A stretch of 64,000 bases of DNA. It comes from Microbotryum violaceum (Eukaryota). The position numbers and the translations under genes are program-made. Positions 35,127 through 49,040 of this stretch are shown piece after piece. The stretch is from assembly GCA_001244265.2 (NCBI GenBank), contig CDLV01000005.1, forward strand, positions 2,170,001 through 2,234,000, in the 5' to 3' direction. Position 1 is the first letter of the stretch. Each line of letters begins with the position of its first letter. The notes beneath the pieces were generated by a model. That model did no database searches. It saw nothing but the letters and a program-made list of their open reading frames with translations, and was not told where the DNA came from.

Positions 35127-38100
35127 ATGGGTTCCTCTTCCAAGACCCAAGTCTACGGCTCGACATACGGTGGCGCCTCGGGCTCGATCACCCCCTCGTC
35201 GTCATCCGCCGTCGGCAGCTTGCTTCGACGGGCTGGCTCTGCGAGTGCGAGCGTGGGCGTGGGCAGTTCGTCGAGGCACCAGGCCCGATTGGGCGTCACG
35301 ACAGACTATCTCGACCTCAGCTTGCACTCGGCCTGTGCGAATGGCAACGTTGGTACGTTTTCATCGCTTTTTTTCTCTCTTGCTTGCGATCCTGCGGGCG
35401 GGGCTACCAAGACTTGTGCCATCTCCTCTTCTGGATCAACTCGATCGTCGGTTAGCTTGCTGGCTTGAGCCCCGGCCCGATTCGTTCAGATTCCGCGCCC
35501 CGGCGCCGCGCGTGTGCCCCTCACGGCCCCACCGCCGCTGGCCACTTGGATGACGCGTGCCTGGCCCACGGAACGGAAAATCCACATTGCTTGATCGTTT
35601 CGGAGTTCGTCGTCGGAGCTCGATTGGTTCCCGCGGGTCCTACCTGGGAATCTTCACCACGACTCATGAGCTACCCGTCACAGCATCGGCGATTCTTCAC
35701 GACGATTCGGCTGCTCCGATGGTCGACTGGTCATTGCTGGTCATACACGTGCATGATTCGCATGGTCCTTCGGCGCGGCGGAACCCCTCGAACTCGATCA
35801 CCGAGCTTGACACCCGCTTACGGGTATCGAACGAGCGTTGACCATTCCTTCTTTTCCACCGCGCCTCTATTTGTATCTACCCCGTACAGGCCTTGTCAAG
35901 TACGCTCTACAACATGGTCAACCCGTCAACTCGGTGCTCAATGGCGTACTGCCCCTGCACGCAGCCGCGAGCTCGGGCAACGAGCAGATCATTCAGATGC
36001 TCATTGCAGCTGGCGCTGATGTCAACTCACCGAGGTCCGCTCTTTGCCCTGCAAATCACGCGCTGATGGAACATCTCACTGACGCCCGCTTTCCCATCTT
36101 GAACAGGCTTCCAAGACGGTACAGCAATGAAAAGACTCGATCGTCTGGGATCGCAGTCGGCACGGCCGGATCAACACCGCTCCACTTTGCTGCTGCAAAC
36201 GGCCATGCAGGCGTCATCGAAATACTGTTGCAGTACGGCGCCAAGCCGAACGCACTCGAAAAGTACGACCTTACACCTGAGATGATCGCCCAGCAAAAAG
36301 GGCATCTCGAGGCGGCGCAAGTGCTGCATGAATGGTCTGAGCGTTTAGAGGACGATGCTCTTTCCATCAACCAGGGCAAGGTATCGTCGTCGTCGTCGAG
36401 TTTGAGATCGAGTCTGAGCAAGAAGCGACTGCACCCGAGACGGAGTTTGGATGCGCTCGCCGTGAGCTTGCAGCAGCACGCGTCGAACCCACATTTATTG
36501 CTAGCGCAGCGGCCACCCAACCCCGCCGCGTCGATGTCGTTGCATACGATCGGCGGTCAGAGTCCCATCTCTGCGAGCGGGACTGGTGAAGGGTCCAAGC
36601 CATCAGGGAGCAAGATGTTGATCGCCAACCACCCCATACACGAGTCACACTCGGCGAGACGGCCGAGCCTCCCAAGCGTGTTCGAAAAGGCTGCTCGTCC
36701 GACGGCGGCGCTCAAGCATGCCTTCGGACTCGGTTACCGGGGCCCCTCTGACGGACCTTCGGGACGTGTGCTTCGTAAAAGCAGTAGCAAGAGCAGTCTC
36801 TCGGCCTCGGTGTGGGGAAAAGATCCTCATGGGGACTTTATCGAGGACGAGGAAGATCTCTGCGAGTTTGGGACGGAAGCCGACGAGGTCGAAAACGAGG
36901 ATGTACCCATGCGGAGGAAGAGCGAAGAACTTACCAGATCGCACTCAAAGCGCGATTCGATGGGGAGCTTGACGAGCATTAGAGAAACGCCGGCGACTGC
37001 GCCTCCTACAAAGACGACTTTCGCTCCTGACCATATAATGGGTCCACCCCCACCCCCACCTGCGTCACTGTCGAGATCGGGCTCCATCTCCACCGCGAGT
37101 GCGGCGTCCTTTTATCGACCTCGACATTCGTCCCAGCTCAGTGGTCGGGTCGTCTCATCCACGTCTCAGTCGCCTCAGTCGTCGTCCTCCAATGTTCAGG
37201 TCTTTATCGATGACGACGACGAAGCTACACCGGTCAACTCGACGCTGAGGCAGCGAAGTTTTACGGCGGGCTCTCCATCGAGTCGTGGCATCCCACTCGT
37301 GGCACCAGCTGGGCGGCGGCGCGAGACGAGCGCGACGAGCAGTCAGTCTTCACTACACACCCCGCCCAAGTCCCAGATTCCCTCGGGCATCGTCACGCCC
37401 GACTCGCTGCTCACCTCTTCCAGACCGACGAGTGACGATGGAGCGAGCGGCAGTACTTCGAGTCGCACGAGGAGCAGGGGTGAGACGCACGTGCCTTCGA
37501 GCATTGGGTCGAGAACGACAGTTGAGCCTGCACGGCGTGGAGCTGGATTCGTCGTGCGCAATCGGACCGATAGCGCGAGCTCGACCGCATCTTCGGCGTT
37601 GTCGCGTCATCACTTGTCGACAAAGCTTGCGGGTCTGAATGTCAACGAGTCGCAGCGTCGGACTGTGCCGACTTCACCTTCGTTGGCACCCGAGCCGATT
37701 ATCAAAAAGGCCGAGACACGCACCAGCCGCAGCAACTCAGCGGGTACGGATGGTCGCTTCTCGTCCAGTCCTGCTTCGTCTTACTCTGGCCCAGGGACAC
37801 TCTCGACGTATGCACCTTCGACGAACTCGACTACTGCGACCTCGATCGCGACGAGCAAATCTTCTCACAACGCCTCGCCCGTTGCGCAGTACCATGCGCG
37901 GTTACCGGTGCTCTCACCGTTGTACGAGTCGTCGCCTCATTCTTCACCCTCGACGAACAACACCCGAACTTGTCAGCAAGTCAACTCCAGTGGTCACATC
38001 ACGACCAGTGCCGAGGCAAGGACCCGGGTCAAGAAGGTCGAGCAGGAGCTCTTGGAATTCGCTGCGAGCGGCTCGAGTGCCTCGGGCGCATCGACGACCA

Positions 38101-39077
38101 AGAATGCGGCTGGTGCGGCGGCGGCCCCGATGAGCTTGACCGACACACTTGCGGCATATGGGCAGGGACTGGCGCTTGAACGTCGACTCAGAGCGATCGA
38201 GAAGAATGGAGGGGCTACCCCATCTCCTGGTGCGAGTGGAGGTTTCCACTTCGAGACGATCGGGACGAGTTCGAGCAAAGCCGTTGGGTCAACATCTGCC
38301 GTTGAGGCTCGGGACAGCGCTTTGACGACGGCCACGACGGCGTCAAAATTGACGGTGCCGGTGCCGCAGTGGAGAGCGATCCCTCCTGTCGACCGCCTCA
38401 TGCCTCCTGCTGCTGCGGCCGCTTCGGGTCGTCGCAGCGTCAGTCCTGTCAGCGGGTTGTCGCATGCGACGGCGACACACTCGGCGACGATGCCTGCGCC
38501 ATCGCGCAAGAGCTCGAGAGACAGCGAATCGACACAGGGCGGCATCACGTTCGTTCCGATCGCCGCGTCGGTGAACGCCGGCTCTGGCTCGTCGACTGCC
38601 CCTCCCACGCGCGCCTCGTCGCCCTCTTCGAGCCGGTCGGGCAAGTCGCAAACGCATACTTTGCGCAATGTGGCCTCGTCGTCACACCACCAGAATGGGC
38701 ACCATACCCACCACCACCACCACCACCACTCGAGCCATCCGTCGACCTCGTCTGGGAGCGCTTCGATGCCTGTCCATGTCCAACAACCTCAGGCGATCCT
38801 GGGAATGGGCGACAAGGGTGTCTCCTACGTCGAAGCCGTCGTACCACCCTCGTCTTCACCCGCGACCTCTCACCATCGAAGTTCAATTCCCAAGAATGAG
38901 ACTCTGGCCGGCAATCGCTCGTCAAGAGGTGGTGGATCGTCCGTGACGAGCGTACAGGAACAAGTCGATCTGGACGCATTGGAACAAGCGAGGTTGGCCG
39001 CGAACGTCCCTATCGCTCCTATTACGAGACCCAAAGAGAAGAAAAGGGGGTTTGCCAACAAATTGTTTGGCAAGTAG
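35127..39077 (+). CDS. Ankyrin-repeat protein with a long Ser-rich disordered C-terminus
   Basis: Ankyrin motifs LSLHSACANGNVG/LVKYAL, LPLHAAASSGNEQIIQMLIAAGADVN and TPLHFAAANGHAGVIEILLQYGA. The first intron spans about 35353-35889. Poly-His tract near 38700. Confidence 0.85.
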
Positions 39078-39630
39078 TGATTGCTGTATCGATGTCGGTC
39101 CGTTCGCTTTTAGTTCTTCTTCGGACCCCCCCTGGGTTTTTGTTTCTTTTCCGGGCATTCGTTTCTCTCGAAAGGGTGCAGTCCATTCGTGTGTAACTCG
39201 TATGAATGTGCGGCTATTTTTGTTTTGTTTCCCTTTGGGGTTTGGGGTGTCAAGTCGGCTTTCGTGGTGTTGTTGTCGTAGAACTTTCCAAGGGTAGTAG
39301 TAATGAGAGAGGGAAGTTGGTCAAGACGTTCGAACGTGACCACGAGTGGAGAACGTGATTAGACTTAGACCTTTTCAACCGAGATGTTCTCGTCTCTAGA
39401 ATTGAGTGAAATACTTTTCTTTGAGCTTGGACATCCGAGTCCACATTGCATTCACGGCATCGGACCTCCGCGTGCGCGGACATGCACCCGGAAATGTGGT
39501 CACTCGGAAGTCCGTGGGCACTCGAACTTTGGTTTTCATGTCAAACCCTCCGGGATTATTTTGATCATTACAAAAGTTCGTGTTAGAGGGGAGAGAGCAA
39601 CCATGAGCGAGAGGGAAAGGAAAAGTTGGA

Positions 39631-42600
39631 TCAATGAATGAACACGTCCAATCGAGTCAGTTGGGAGTAGGTCTCGCTCGTCAAGCGATACCTCAGCTGA
39701 TTGCAAAAACGTCAACATTCGAGAATTCAGTAATTCGACCAAAACCAACTCGAACTGTAACCGACCGCATCAACAAGACTCACCATCCCTGCGAACATCA
39801 TCAAACTCCTGGCCTTCTGCCTCAACTCGACCATGCTCTGTTGCCTCGCCGCATCCCCAAAAGGACTACTCTTGAACGCCTGGTGGATCTTGTAGATCAA
39901 CTGCATCGTCGTCAACAAGATGGTATCAAAGTTGCGAACCAAGGTCTCGTCCAACGACTTGAATTCCTCTGCTGCTCGAATGATGGCTACGAGATCACCA
40001 TGCAAGGGTACGAGGTTGACGTCTTGGATCGTTTGGAGCGCTTTCTCAAAGTGACCTTGTTCGTTGAGGGTCATGGCTTCCTTGAGACGAAGGAGGACAT
40101 GACACGTCTCCCGGTTCTTGCGAGAGATGCGACCGCCTGCTCCACCTGCTTGTCGATCGTAGTGTTGGAGAATCGAGTGCGCGATTTGAGCGATATCCTC
40201 TTGACCGGCTGCCATTCCCACTGTCGCATTCGATTTGGAGAAGTAGTCTTCGTTCGCTCCTCGATTTGCTCCCTCGACGTGGATGGAAGGTTTCGTTAAC
40301 GACTGCCCCAATTCGGCGTTCAGAACCGCAATAACGCTATCCCACTCATCCGCAAGGTTATACAACAAGATCGCCTCGGAGAACCTCTTCTCCTGATCTG
40401 CCCTCGTCGCAGCACTCTTGACGATCTCGAACAAATAACTCCTCTCATCCTTGAGATGAATCAATTTGAGATCGCGTTCGATCAAGCCGGGAATTTTGGT
40501 GCCATCGTTCTTGACGTCGCCTAACAGTTGAGCATAATTACGCGTTTCCATGACGAGTTGTCGGATGTGGTCGTGGCAGGATTTGATTTGGTTTGGACCT
40601 AAAGGTGAGGGTAGGTCGGCGTTGAGACAGATGAGATAGAGGTAGTTGAGGGCTTCTTCGGTATCCGTTTGGGCGAACGAGCGGGTGTAACGGTGCAGCA
40701 GACGAGCAAAGTGGATCGAGGCGAGATCGTAGCCCGAGGAGTCTTGTTCAACCACCACTATGAGGGTAAAATGAGCAAGTTAGCTGATCTGTTCCAGGAC
40801 ACAGTCTGAGATTGTGTGCTTACAAAGGTCGACGTCCGAAGTGTGCGGCGCAGAAGGGATGCGAAGTAGCCCATAGTACTCCAAAGCGATAGCGAAATGA
40901 ACAGCATCGACGTGGAATTGCGAATGTTGGTGCAAGAAAGCGATCGCCTGTGACCAAGCTCAAAAGGGAGATGAGCCAAAGCCAGCTCGAAGTTCCCCCC
41001 CCTCGGTCCGACTCGACTCACTCTTTCGAATTGACCACTTAACAAGAGGACCTGGAAGTACAACATGGGTCGATTTCCCTTTGGATCGAAATGCGCTTCT
41101 CCAAATGTGACCAACACTTTGGCCAAATCCCTCAACCCATACCTCTCATGTGGCGCCTCGGTGCCTACGACCCCATCGGCCTCGGCCTCCCTCACAAGCG
41201 AAAGTTGGAACCACAACCAATCCTCCGTCGTCTGCGTCACGCCCGGTACGTTCCTTCGACTGATCTCGACCCTCCCGATGAGTTTGTACAACGCATGCTT
41301 GTAAGGATCGGACGTATCGGTCAAATACCGAATGCGTTGATTGTACTCGGACAAGAACCGATCGCGCAAGAGTTTGGGCAGTCTTTGATCGGGACTGTCG
41401 AGGTAGGCTTTGAGGTACGCGACGAAACTCTTTTCGAGTTTTTGGATCTGGGCTTCGTTCTCGGTCGCGAAGGCGAGAGCTTCGGAAGGGTGTCCGGCGC
41501 GGAGGAGGTAGTAGATTCGAGCCCAGACGGGGGTGTTGTTGGCGATCTGTGGGATGAGAGACGAGAATGAGTGTCTTCTGCGTAGGTTAGGTGACCGGAC
41601 GGGTCTTGCGTACTTCGAGGTTCGGGTTGGTCCACTGGCCATTCTTGTGGAACTTGACGTTGAGGAAAGCGCGGATCTTGTTCTGCAACGAAGGCACACC
41701 TCCCAAGCCCGCCTCGGTCGGTCTCGAAGCCAAAAGCTTCTCGACGTAGTTCATGAACCTGGTGAGAGCGAGAAAGTGACATCAGAAGGGGGACCCCGGC
41801 TGAATGGAAGATGGTGCTGAACTGACTGCTCCTCGAGATGATGCTTCGCCCCCTCGGCGATCATCTTTCTCAACTGCGCAGCCTGAACTGCATCCTGAGC
41901 AAGGCCAAGATACGCCGCAGCATACTGGCGTTCCTGCAACGCCTTGCGCTGGAACTCGCCATTGAGGACATCACGTTCCTGCATCAAATGAGCAAGCAAA
42001 CGCCACGTCTCGGTCGTCTGAGTCGCTTTCGGATCGCCGGCGCGGGGGGTGGTGTTGGCTGTGACGCCGATACTGGCTTCACCGAATGCGGAGACGAGCG
42101 CGAATGCGAAGCCTTGTTTGCGGAATTCGTTGAGCCGACGTACGACTCGGTCGTAGCGCATCATGCGGGAGTGCATCTGTAGCGAACCGGACGGGTTGCT
42201 GTTGCCTCCCGCGGCCGAGGACGAAGGCAACGGGGCAAGGGGAGACTGTGGGCTCCAGAACGAACGGAATTTGAGTAGAGAGACCAACTGGGCGCGAGCG
42301 CTCCAAGTGGGGAGGGGGGGGTAACTCACGGCGCGGTCCTGAGCAAAAGGGGCCAGGCCCCGCTGGGGAGTCGAATTCGTCGCCGGCGCGGTTGAGGATG
42401 AGCCGGATGGATAGCCGGGTTGATGACGACCCAATTCGTCAAAGAGATTCTCCTTTTGTCGTTTCCAGTCGTGTCGGATCGAGGCGTCGAGAGAGCGGTA
42501 GAAATCTGCGGTCGTTTGACGGCGGCCTTGTTCGATCGAGGCGATGATGGCTTGTTCGTGGGTGTGGGTGAGGAAGCCCTGCGGATAAAGAGCAGAGAGG

Positions 42601-43134
42601 GGGGTTGCTGGAGTGAGCCGTGTGTGTGTGTGTGATGTGTGGATCGAGGCTGTGACATGACACCCACCTGGACATCGGTGTCGTTGAGCGGCAGCAAGGG
42701 CTCAAAGGTGCCGGTGAGGTTGACGTGATCGACGGTCGATTGCAACTGGTCGGCGTTGACACCGCCATGGGCCAAGAGGAACGCGCTGTGGAGATGTGGA
42801 AGAGTGAGACGAGGTAGACTAGGTCGGCGAGGGTCAGTTGAGAGCTGTGCACTGACGCATTGGCATTGGCGTGGCCGTGCTGCCTGTGCTGGAGGCTCTT
42901 GGCCGCGATCCGCCTCGACTGAGCCTCGATCTGGTCCAAGCCGAGCTGGATGGTGGGCAGTCGACGATCGTTGGTGAGAGTACCGGAAGAGGGGTGGTGA
43001 GCGTCGAAAGAAGAGGACGGCACGGCAAAGCCAAAGCGGGCAGGGGTCGTCGCCGAGGGGAGCGAGAGCGTCGATGAGAGCTGGTTCGACTCGAGTCGCT
43101 GTGACTGTTCGAGAAGGGACTGCAGCGTCGTCAT
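39631..43134 (-). CDS. NIC96: Nuclear pore inner-ring nucleoporin Nic96/Nup93
   Basis: MTTLQSLLEQSQRL, LPTIQLGLDQIEAQSRR, FEPL.PL.DTDV, PVWARIYYLLRAG, DPYKHALYKLIGR, TTEDWLWFQL, YFQVLLLSGQFE, DAVHFAIAL.YYGLL and LMMFAGMLRYRL..TYSQL. Confidence 0.93.
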
Positions 43135-43446
43135 GTTGCACTGATGCGGGCGAGGATGCCGCGGGGTAGGAAAACGCGGAAAGAGACCGGGCAAGGACCG
43201 GGCAAGGAGTGATGGTCCGCGCGCCGGTTTCACCGCTTCAGTGCCAGGTTGATTCCCTTCCAACAGCTTCTAATCGGCTCTAACCGTTTCTAATAACGGC
43301 CTCTAACCCGAGTCCGTGGGTGGCGGCGGTCTCTGCCGTGTTTCTTCCTCAGTGCTCCGCTGGGCTGCCTGCTCGTCGCTCCTTCTTCTCGAGCGGAGGT
43401 GTTACACACTGGTACTCGCCCCTCTCCCCTCTTCTCTCCCCTCGCC
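43135..43446. promoter_or_regulatory. Putative bidirectional promoter of NIC96 and NUP170, with four TCTAA-(Y)CG-like motifs
   Basis: 312 bp between divergent ATGs. TCTAATCGG, TCTAACCGT, TCTAATAACGG and TCTAACCCG cluster at 43269-43310. Confidence 0.5.
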
Positions 43447-46400
43447 ATGTCCATCTCGGTCGATGCACCCCCGCCGAGGCAGTCGTTGAGCCAAGCGCTG
43501 ACCGACAACCCGAGCTCGACCTCCCCCCCTCATGCACTCCCCACCTCCTCCACCACCGCACCCTCCTCCTGTTCCAACACAAACCCCACCCCTTCTTCCG
43601 AAGACGACCCGTTCCCGCAAGCGGCCAAGTTGATCGACGACCGGCTGCTCAGGGACGAGCAATGGGTTCCCGTCGGCGACAGGCTAGGCTGTAGGTTCGA
43701 GCAGCACACCACACCGCAGCGTACATCAAGGTCCCCCAGTCTAACTCAACCTGCCTTTCCACAGTCGGAGCATCGTACGACTATGTACCGCGTCCCCATC
43801 CCGCCTGGTCACCCTTTGCCAAGAGGCGGACCGTCGCACTCCCCGACCGCCTCTTTGACGAATACACCTGTGCGTCCCCATCTTCCTCCTACCGACTCGA
43901 GCACCCACAAACTGAACCTTTCTCTCATAGCTACCGCCCACTGCACCATGGGTCTCTCGACCGAGATCGAGCGCGCGTGGGTCACCATCGACCATCGTCT
44001 CCTGCTCTGGGACTGGGCCGACGGGTCTTCCTTCACGACCTTTGACCAACTCGACGACATCATCATCGCCGTCGCACTCGTAAAACCGAGACCGAACGTA
44101 TTCGTCGATGCCATCTCTTACCTCCTCGTGCTCGCGACCTCGACCCAGATCACCCTCGTCGGATTGGGCTACGCGCCGACCGAGACCTCGGCGACCCCCG
44201 AAATCACCTTTTACCTCACCGGTCTCTCCGTTTCGTCCGAAGCGCTGCCCTTCACCCACATCCAAGGCACCTCCACCGGTCGCATCTTCCTCTCCACCTC
44301 GCCCGAAGCCGTACTCCCCAACGGCAGACCGGGCGACGGAGCGCTCTACGAACTCGTGTACCAATCCTCCGAAGGATGGTTCGTCAAGCGCTGCTCCTTG
44401 CACAACCTCACTTCCGGTAGCATCACCCAATCCTTGGTCCCGTCCTTTTTGAGAAACTTGGCCGCCGTCAGCCCCAACGAATGGATCATCAACTTCCAAC
44501 TTGACAATGAGCGCGGCCTGCTCTACACCCTGCTGAGGAACGGCACCATCGAAATGTATGAGCTCCCTTCCTCTTCCCCTTCAGCTCGCTTCGACGGGCC
44601 GCCGAACAAGCTCGCACGAACCGGCGACGTGCTCCGTGCCGCACGAGAGTTGTGCAAGTCCCCCGCCTTGGAGGGCACCTCGTTCCGCATCGTCGCCTTG
44701 CAAATCATCGCCCTCCAGGAGAGCGAAAAGGACAAGGTCGCCTTGGTCGCCATCACCAACACCGGTGTCAGGCTCTACTTTACCCATCAGCGGAGGTATC
44801 CTTCGTATGCGCAAAGCTCCATCCGGGCCTTGGAACTCTTTCACGTTCGCCCACCGCCCTTCATCCCTACCCAGACCGCACACGCTCCTCAGCCACCCAC
44901 TTCGACGTTCTACAGTGCCCCACCGACCCAACAGCAGCAACCACCACCACTACCTTCACAGCCCCTCGCTTCAGCCTCGTCAGACCCATCCGAATTCACC
45001 TTCAAAGCCATCAACCAAGCCAACTACGCCAGTGGGGGCCTGCTCGTCGCCGCCAACAATCGTTCCGAGGAAATCGGCGTACTCTTCCTCGCTGCACCCG
45101 ATAACGCCGCCGCATCTCAACAAGCGAACCTCAGCGGTCCTTCATCCTCTTCCTCTACCACGATGACGAGCATGTCCCATAATGGGCCCGGAGCATTAAC
45201 CACTACAACGGGGCAACAAACCTTCTCCGAAATCGCTTCGACGATCGAAATCGGTGGACAAACATGGGAGATGGCCGAAATTCAGGATCGATCTGCCAAT
45301 TCGGGGCTGGTTCCGGGGGGTAAGACGGCGTTGAATGAGCTGGCGACGCAGGTGGCCTTGCCGAGGAGGGAGTGGGTCGTTTTGACCGATATGGGCGCCA
45401 ATGTGATCGCGAGGCAGAGACCGATCGATACGTTAGTGGATCTGTTGGAAGGAGCTTCGGGACTGGTTGGGAGTCAGGCGCATGGGGATGTGGCTATCTT
45501 CTTCACTGCGTGAGTCTTTGTTCATCGTGCACAAAGTGTGAGGGTGCAGCCTAATCCGCGTCTCTTTTGATCACACCACAGCTTTGGCTTGAACCAAAGC
45601 TGCGCCATGCTGCTCGCCATCGCCGCCGGCAACTCGCGCCTCACCAGAACCGTCTCGGACTCAACCTCCCCCTCCACGCACTTAAACGGCGGCTCGACCT
45701 ACGTTTCCAACTCACGCAACCCTACAAGCGCAGTGGAGAATGCCAAAGCGCTCTTCTTCGAACATGGTGGACGACCCGTAGCTGTCGATCGCGGAGGGTT
45801 CGGATCCCAACAACTTAGCTCAAACGCTTCGTCAGGTGGAGGTCAAGTCATCTTTTCCGGTAAACACGAAGGGTTGGCCTTTTACCTCGCTCGTTTGTTG
45901 CGACCCATTTGGTCCGCCAAAGTGACCCGAACCCTTCCCGGTGCTTCTTCCCCTGCCGGCTCTTCGCCCCGCCAAGTGTCCAACGTCCCCGAAAGCGTCT
46001 TGACTCAAGTGCAACGGGACCTTGTCTCCCTCCGCACCTTCATCGAAGCCGAATCGCGTCTATTCGCCCTTCCCTCGAACCTAACTCAAGCAACTCACCT
46101 CACCTACGCCTACCAAACCGAACAAACCTCTCTCGAAGCTCTACGATCGCTCCTCGTCCGATCCGTCGAAGCCATCTCCTTCGTCCTCCTTCTGATCGAT
46201 TATCAAATCTCGGACTTGGTCGCCATGTGCGATCAGGATACGCAGAAAATGTTGTTGGGTTTGAGTTGGCAGGATCTGTTGACCAAGAAGGTCGGGAAGG
46301 ATGTGGCGAGAAAGTTGGTCAGTGCGGTCATTAATCAGCAGATTGGGAGGCAGTTGAGTGTGAGTTGTGATTTTGTAATGATTTTGCGAGGAGAGCTGGT

Positions 46401-48341
46401 CGGGGTGGTGGTACTGATGCTTTTTTCGGCGATCACAGGTCGATGCGATCAGCGAGACGTTGCAGCAGAGGTGTGGGTCGTTCTGCAGTGCTGATGATGT
46501 GCTGCTGTACAAGGTACGCGCCGATTCTGATGGCTACTCTACCCGAACTGCTTACTGATCATCCACTCACACTCTGGACCCCATAGGCGATCGAAGCGAC
46601 CCGCCGAGCCAAGGATACGAGCGATCCCTCGGAACGCACCGACTGCCTCCGCGAATCCTTGCGTCTCTTCATCAAAGCGTCTAAGCAACTCTCGTTCGAA
46701 CGCGCCAACGAAGTCTGCCACGAATATATCGAGCTGAGGTACTACCTCGGAGCGATCGAACTCGCCGTCGCGTGTGCGCACGAATGGGATCCCACCGATC
46801 GTGCTCTCTCCTTTGCGTTCGAAGGTGAACCTGCCAACGATCCTCGAAAGGCGATCTTTGACCTGCGTCAGAAATGCAATCAACTCGTATTCAAGACCTT
46901 GTCGAGCACGGACGACTTATTGAACGAAGCGATGAACTCGAACAATCCGGGCGGGGTGTCCTACGCCGAAGCGGATAGTCTCCGTTCGAACGCTTACGAC
47001 AAGGTGCTTTCGATCAAGGACCAATTCCTCCACTTTGAACTGTACGCATGGTACCTATCCCAGGGACGAACCGATGCTCTACTCGAAGCTCGAACACCCT
47101 ACCTCGAGGCCTATCTGGCCCAGGAACCGACAACGTTGGAAAAGACCGATCTGTTATGGCGGTTCTACGCTCGTACATCGCGCTACGATCTCGCCGCGGG
47201 CGTTTTGGCCCATCTAGCGGAAACGACCCATTTCCCCCTCTCCATCTACAAACGCGTCGAATACCTTTCCCTCGCGGTGGCGAATGCGAAATCTCAATTC
47301 CCCAGTACGCACGCCCAAGCCGTGCAATTCCTTACCGACGTCGAAGAGAAACTCGAAGTCGCTCAAGTACAGATCGAGATCTATCGAGCGATCGAAGGCT
47401 TGGACAGCGAAGAGATGACGGAGGAGGAGAGGAGACAATGGTTGGATCGCGTCGAAGATCGTCTGTTCACGATTTCGGAGTTGTATTCCGAGTTCGCGGA
47501 ACCGTTGAGGTTGTTGGAGATCGTGTTGCTCATCTTCCATGTGTCGGATCATCGAGATCCGTATTTGGTCGCCGCGACGTGGGAGGCGATTTTGGCGAAG
47601 AGTAAGCTTGCGGGCCCAGGTTCAGGCAGTGATCTATTGCTTCATCTGAAAATTTTTACCCTGACCATTTCACAGCTCGGGAGGATGTCGCAGATCCGGA
47701 CCAGGCGGTTGACCTTTTGACCGTCAAGATCACCGAGCTCGGTCGACGCTTCCATAGCTCGGACGTCGCTTTTCCTCTTCGTAAGTAGACGATCGCTTCA
47801 TGCACACACCCTTACGCACATCGGAAGCTCACCCAATCACTTATCTTACCAACTAGCGGCCCTCGCAACGATGTTTGAACGTTTCAGCTACGATAACAAA
47901 CTTACCTCTCGAGCCGGATGGGTCCCCTTGGCGTTCAGGGACGCGGGTGTGCCCCCGTCGACCATCTTCGCGACGTATGATGAGTTGATCTCTGCCAAAG
48001 TGAGTTTACTGTCCCTGGTGAACAATACGAGTGAACGAAAACTAATTACCCACAACATTATTTTTTAGGTCCCACCATGGCACACCTCCCAAGGCCTCCT
48101 CTTCCTCATCACTTCAGCCACCGTATTCCTCGAAAATTGGCTGCAAGAAACGACCCACAACCCCGTCGGCTCCACCTCGATGAGAAGGGACACCATAACG
48201 GACGATTACTTTCTCTTTCCTGCAGCGGAAGTGACCACCGCAGTAGGGAAATGGTTGATGGGCTTGGGATCGGTCGCGAGTGCTAAGGATGTGGTGGCGA
48301 GGTTGAATGAGGTGCAGCGGGAGATTAGGAGGAGATTTTGA
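43447..48341 (+). CDS. NUP170: Nuclear pore inner-ring nucleoporin Nup170/Nup157 (Nup155)
   Basis: MGLSTEIERAWVTIDHRLLLWDW, VALVKPRPNVF, GRIFL, LVAITNTGVRLYF, SGKHEGLAFYLARLLRPIW, LQQRCGSFCSADDV..YKAIE, LHFELY.WY, DLLWRFY and LS..KRVEYLSLA. TGA at 48339-48341. Confidence 0.94.
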
Positions 48342-49040
48342 TTGCGGAGAAAGGGGACGACGAACGGGGAAGCGGGTTGCTGAGAATTTGATTGACAAGA
48401 AATAGATGGGGAGTTTTGATGTAGTGACGATCCAAGAAATAATCGTGCAAAATAATGGCATGCCACAGGCGCCTGAACCAACATACGTTCCCTCTCCATT
48501 CGAGATGTCGAGTTGGATCGTCCGCTCACTGGATTTCCTTCCGCTCGCTATGCGCTTCGGTGACTCGCGAAAGGAGCAAACATTTGGCTCGAGTGTTGCA
48601 ACAGTAGTCGAACTGAAGAGCCACACACGGAGTAGTGGTACTGATGCAACGGAACGCACGAATCGTGTACAAGAAAGCAAACGACTGACGACTGACGACA
48701 AAGTTTGAGGCAAACCAAAACAATAGAAAGAAGGCTTTTGATAACTAGACTGAACGGAACATGCAAGCTGGGATCCAGGAGCGAACATTGAAAATATATC
48801 GGGTTGGGACGTGCTCTAGATTTTGAGGAGGACAGTTGTGAGAAGTACCGAGCGAGATCGGCTTGCGGCTTGGAGAATGCGGTGTGGATGGGTGCGGAGA
48901 GGGAATGTAGGCAAGCGATTGGAGGAGAGATAGAAACTGTTGAGCTTCCTCGATGATTGATTTTGTGGGCACCGAGATGGAAAAAGGCTGTGTCGAAGGT
49001 GAGGAAGTAGAAGGGTCGGGTCGAGGCTGAGGTACGGTAA

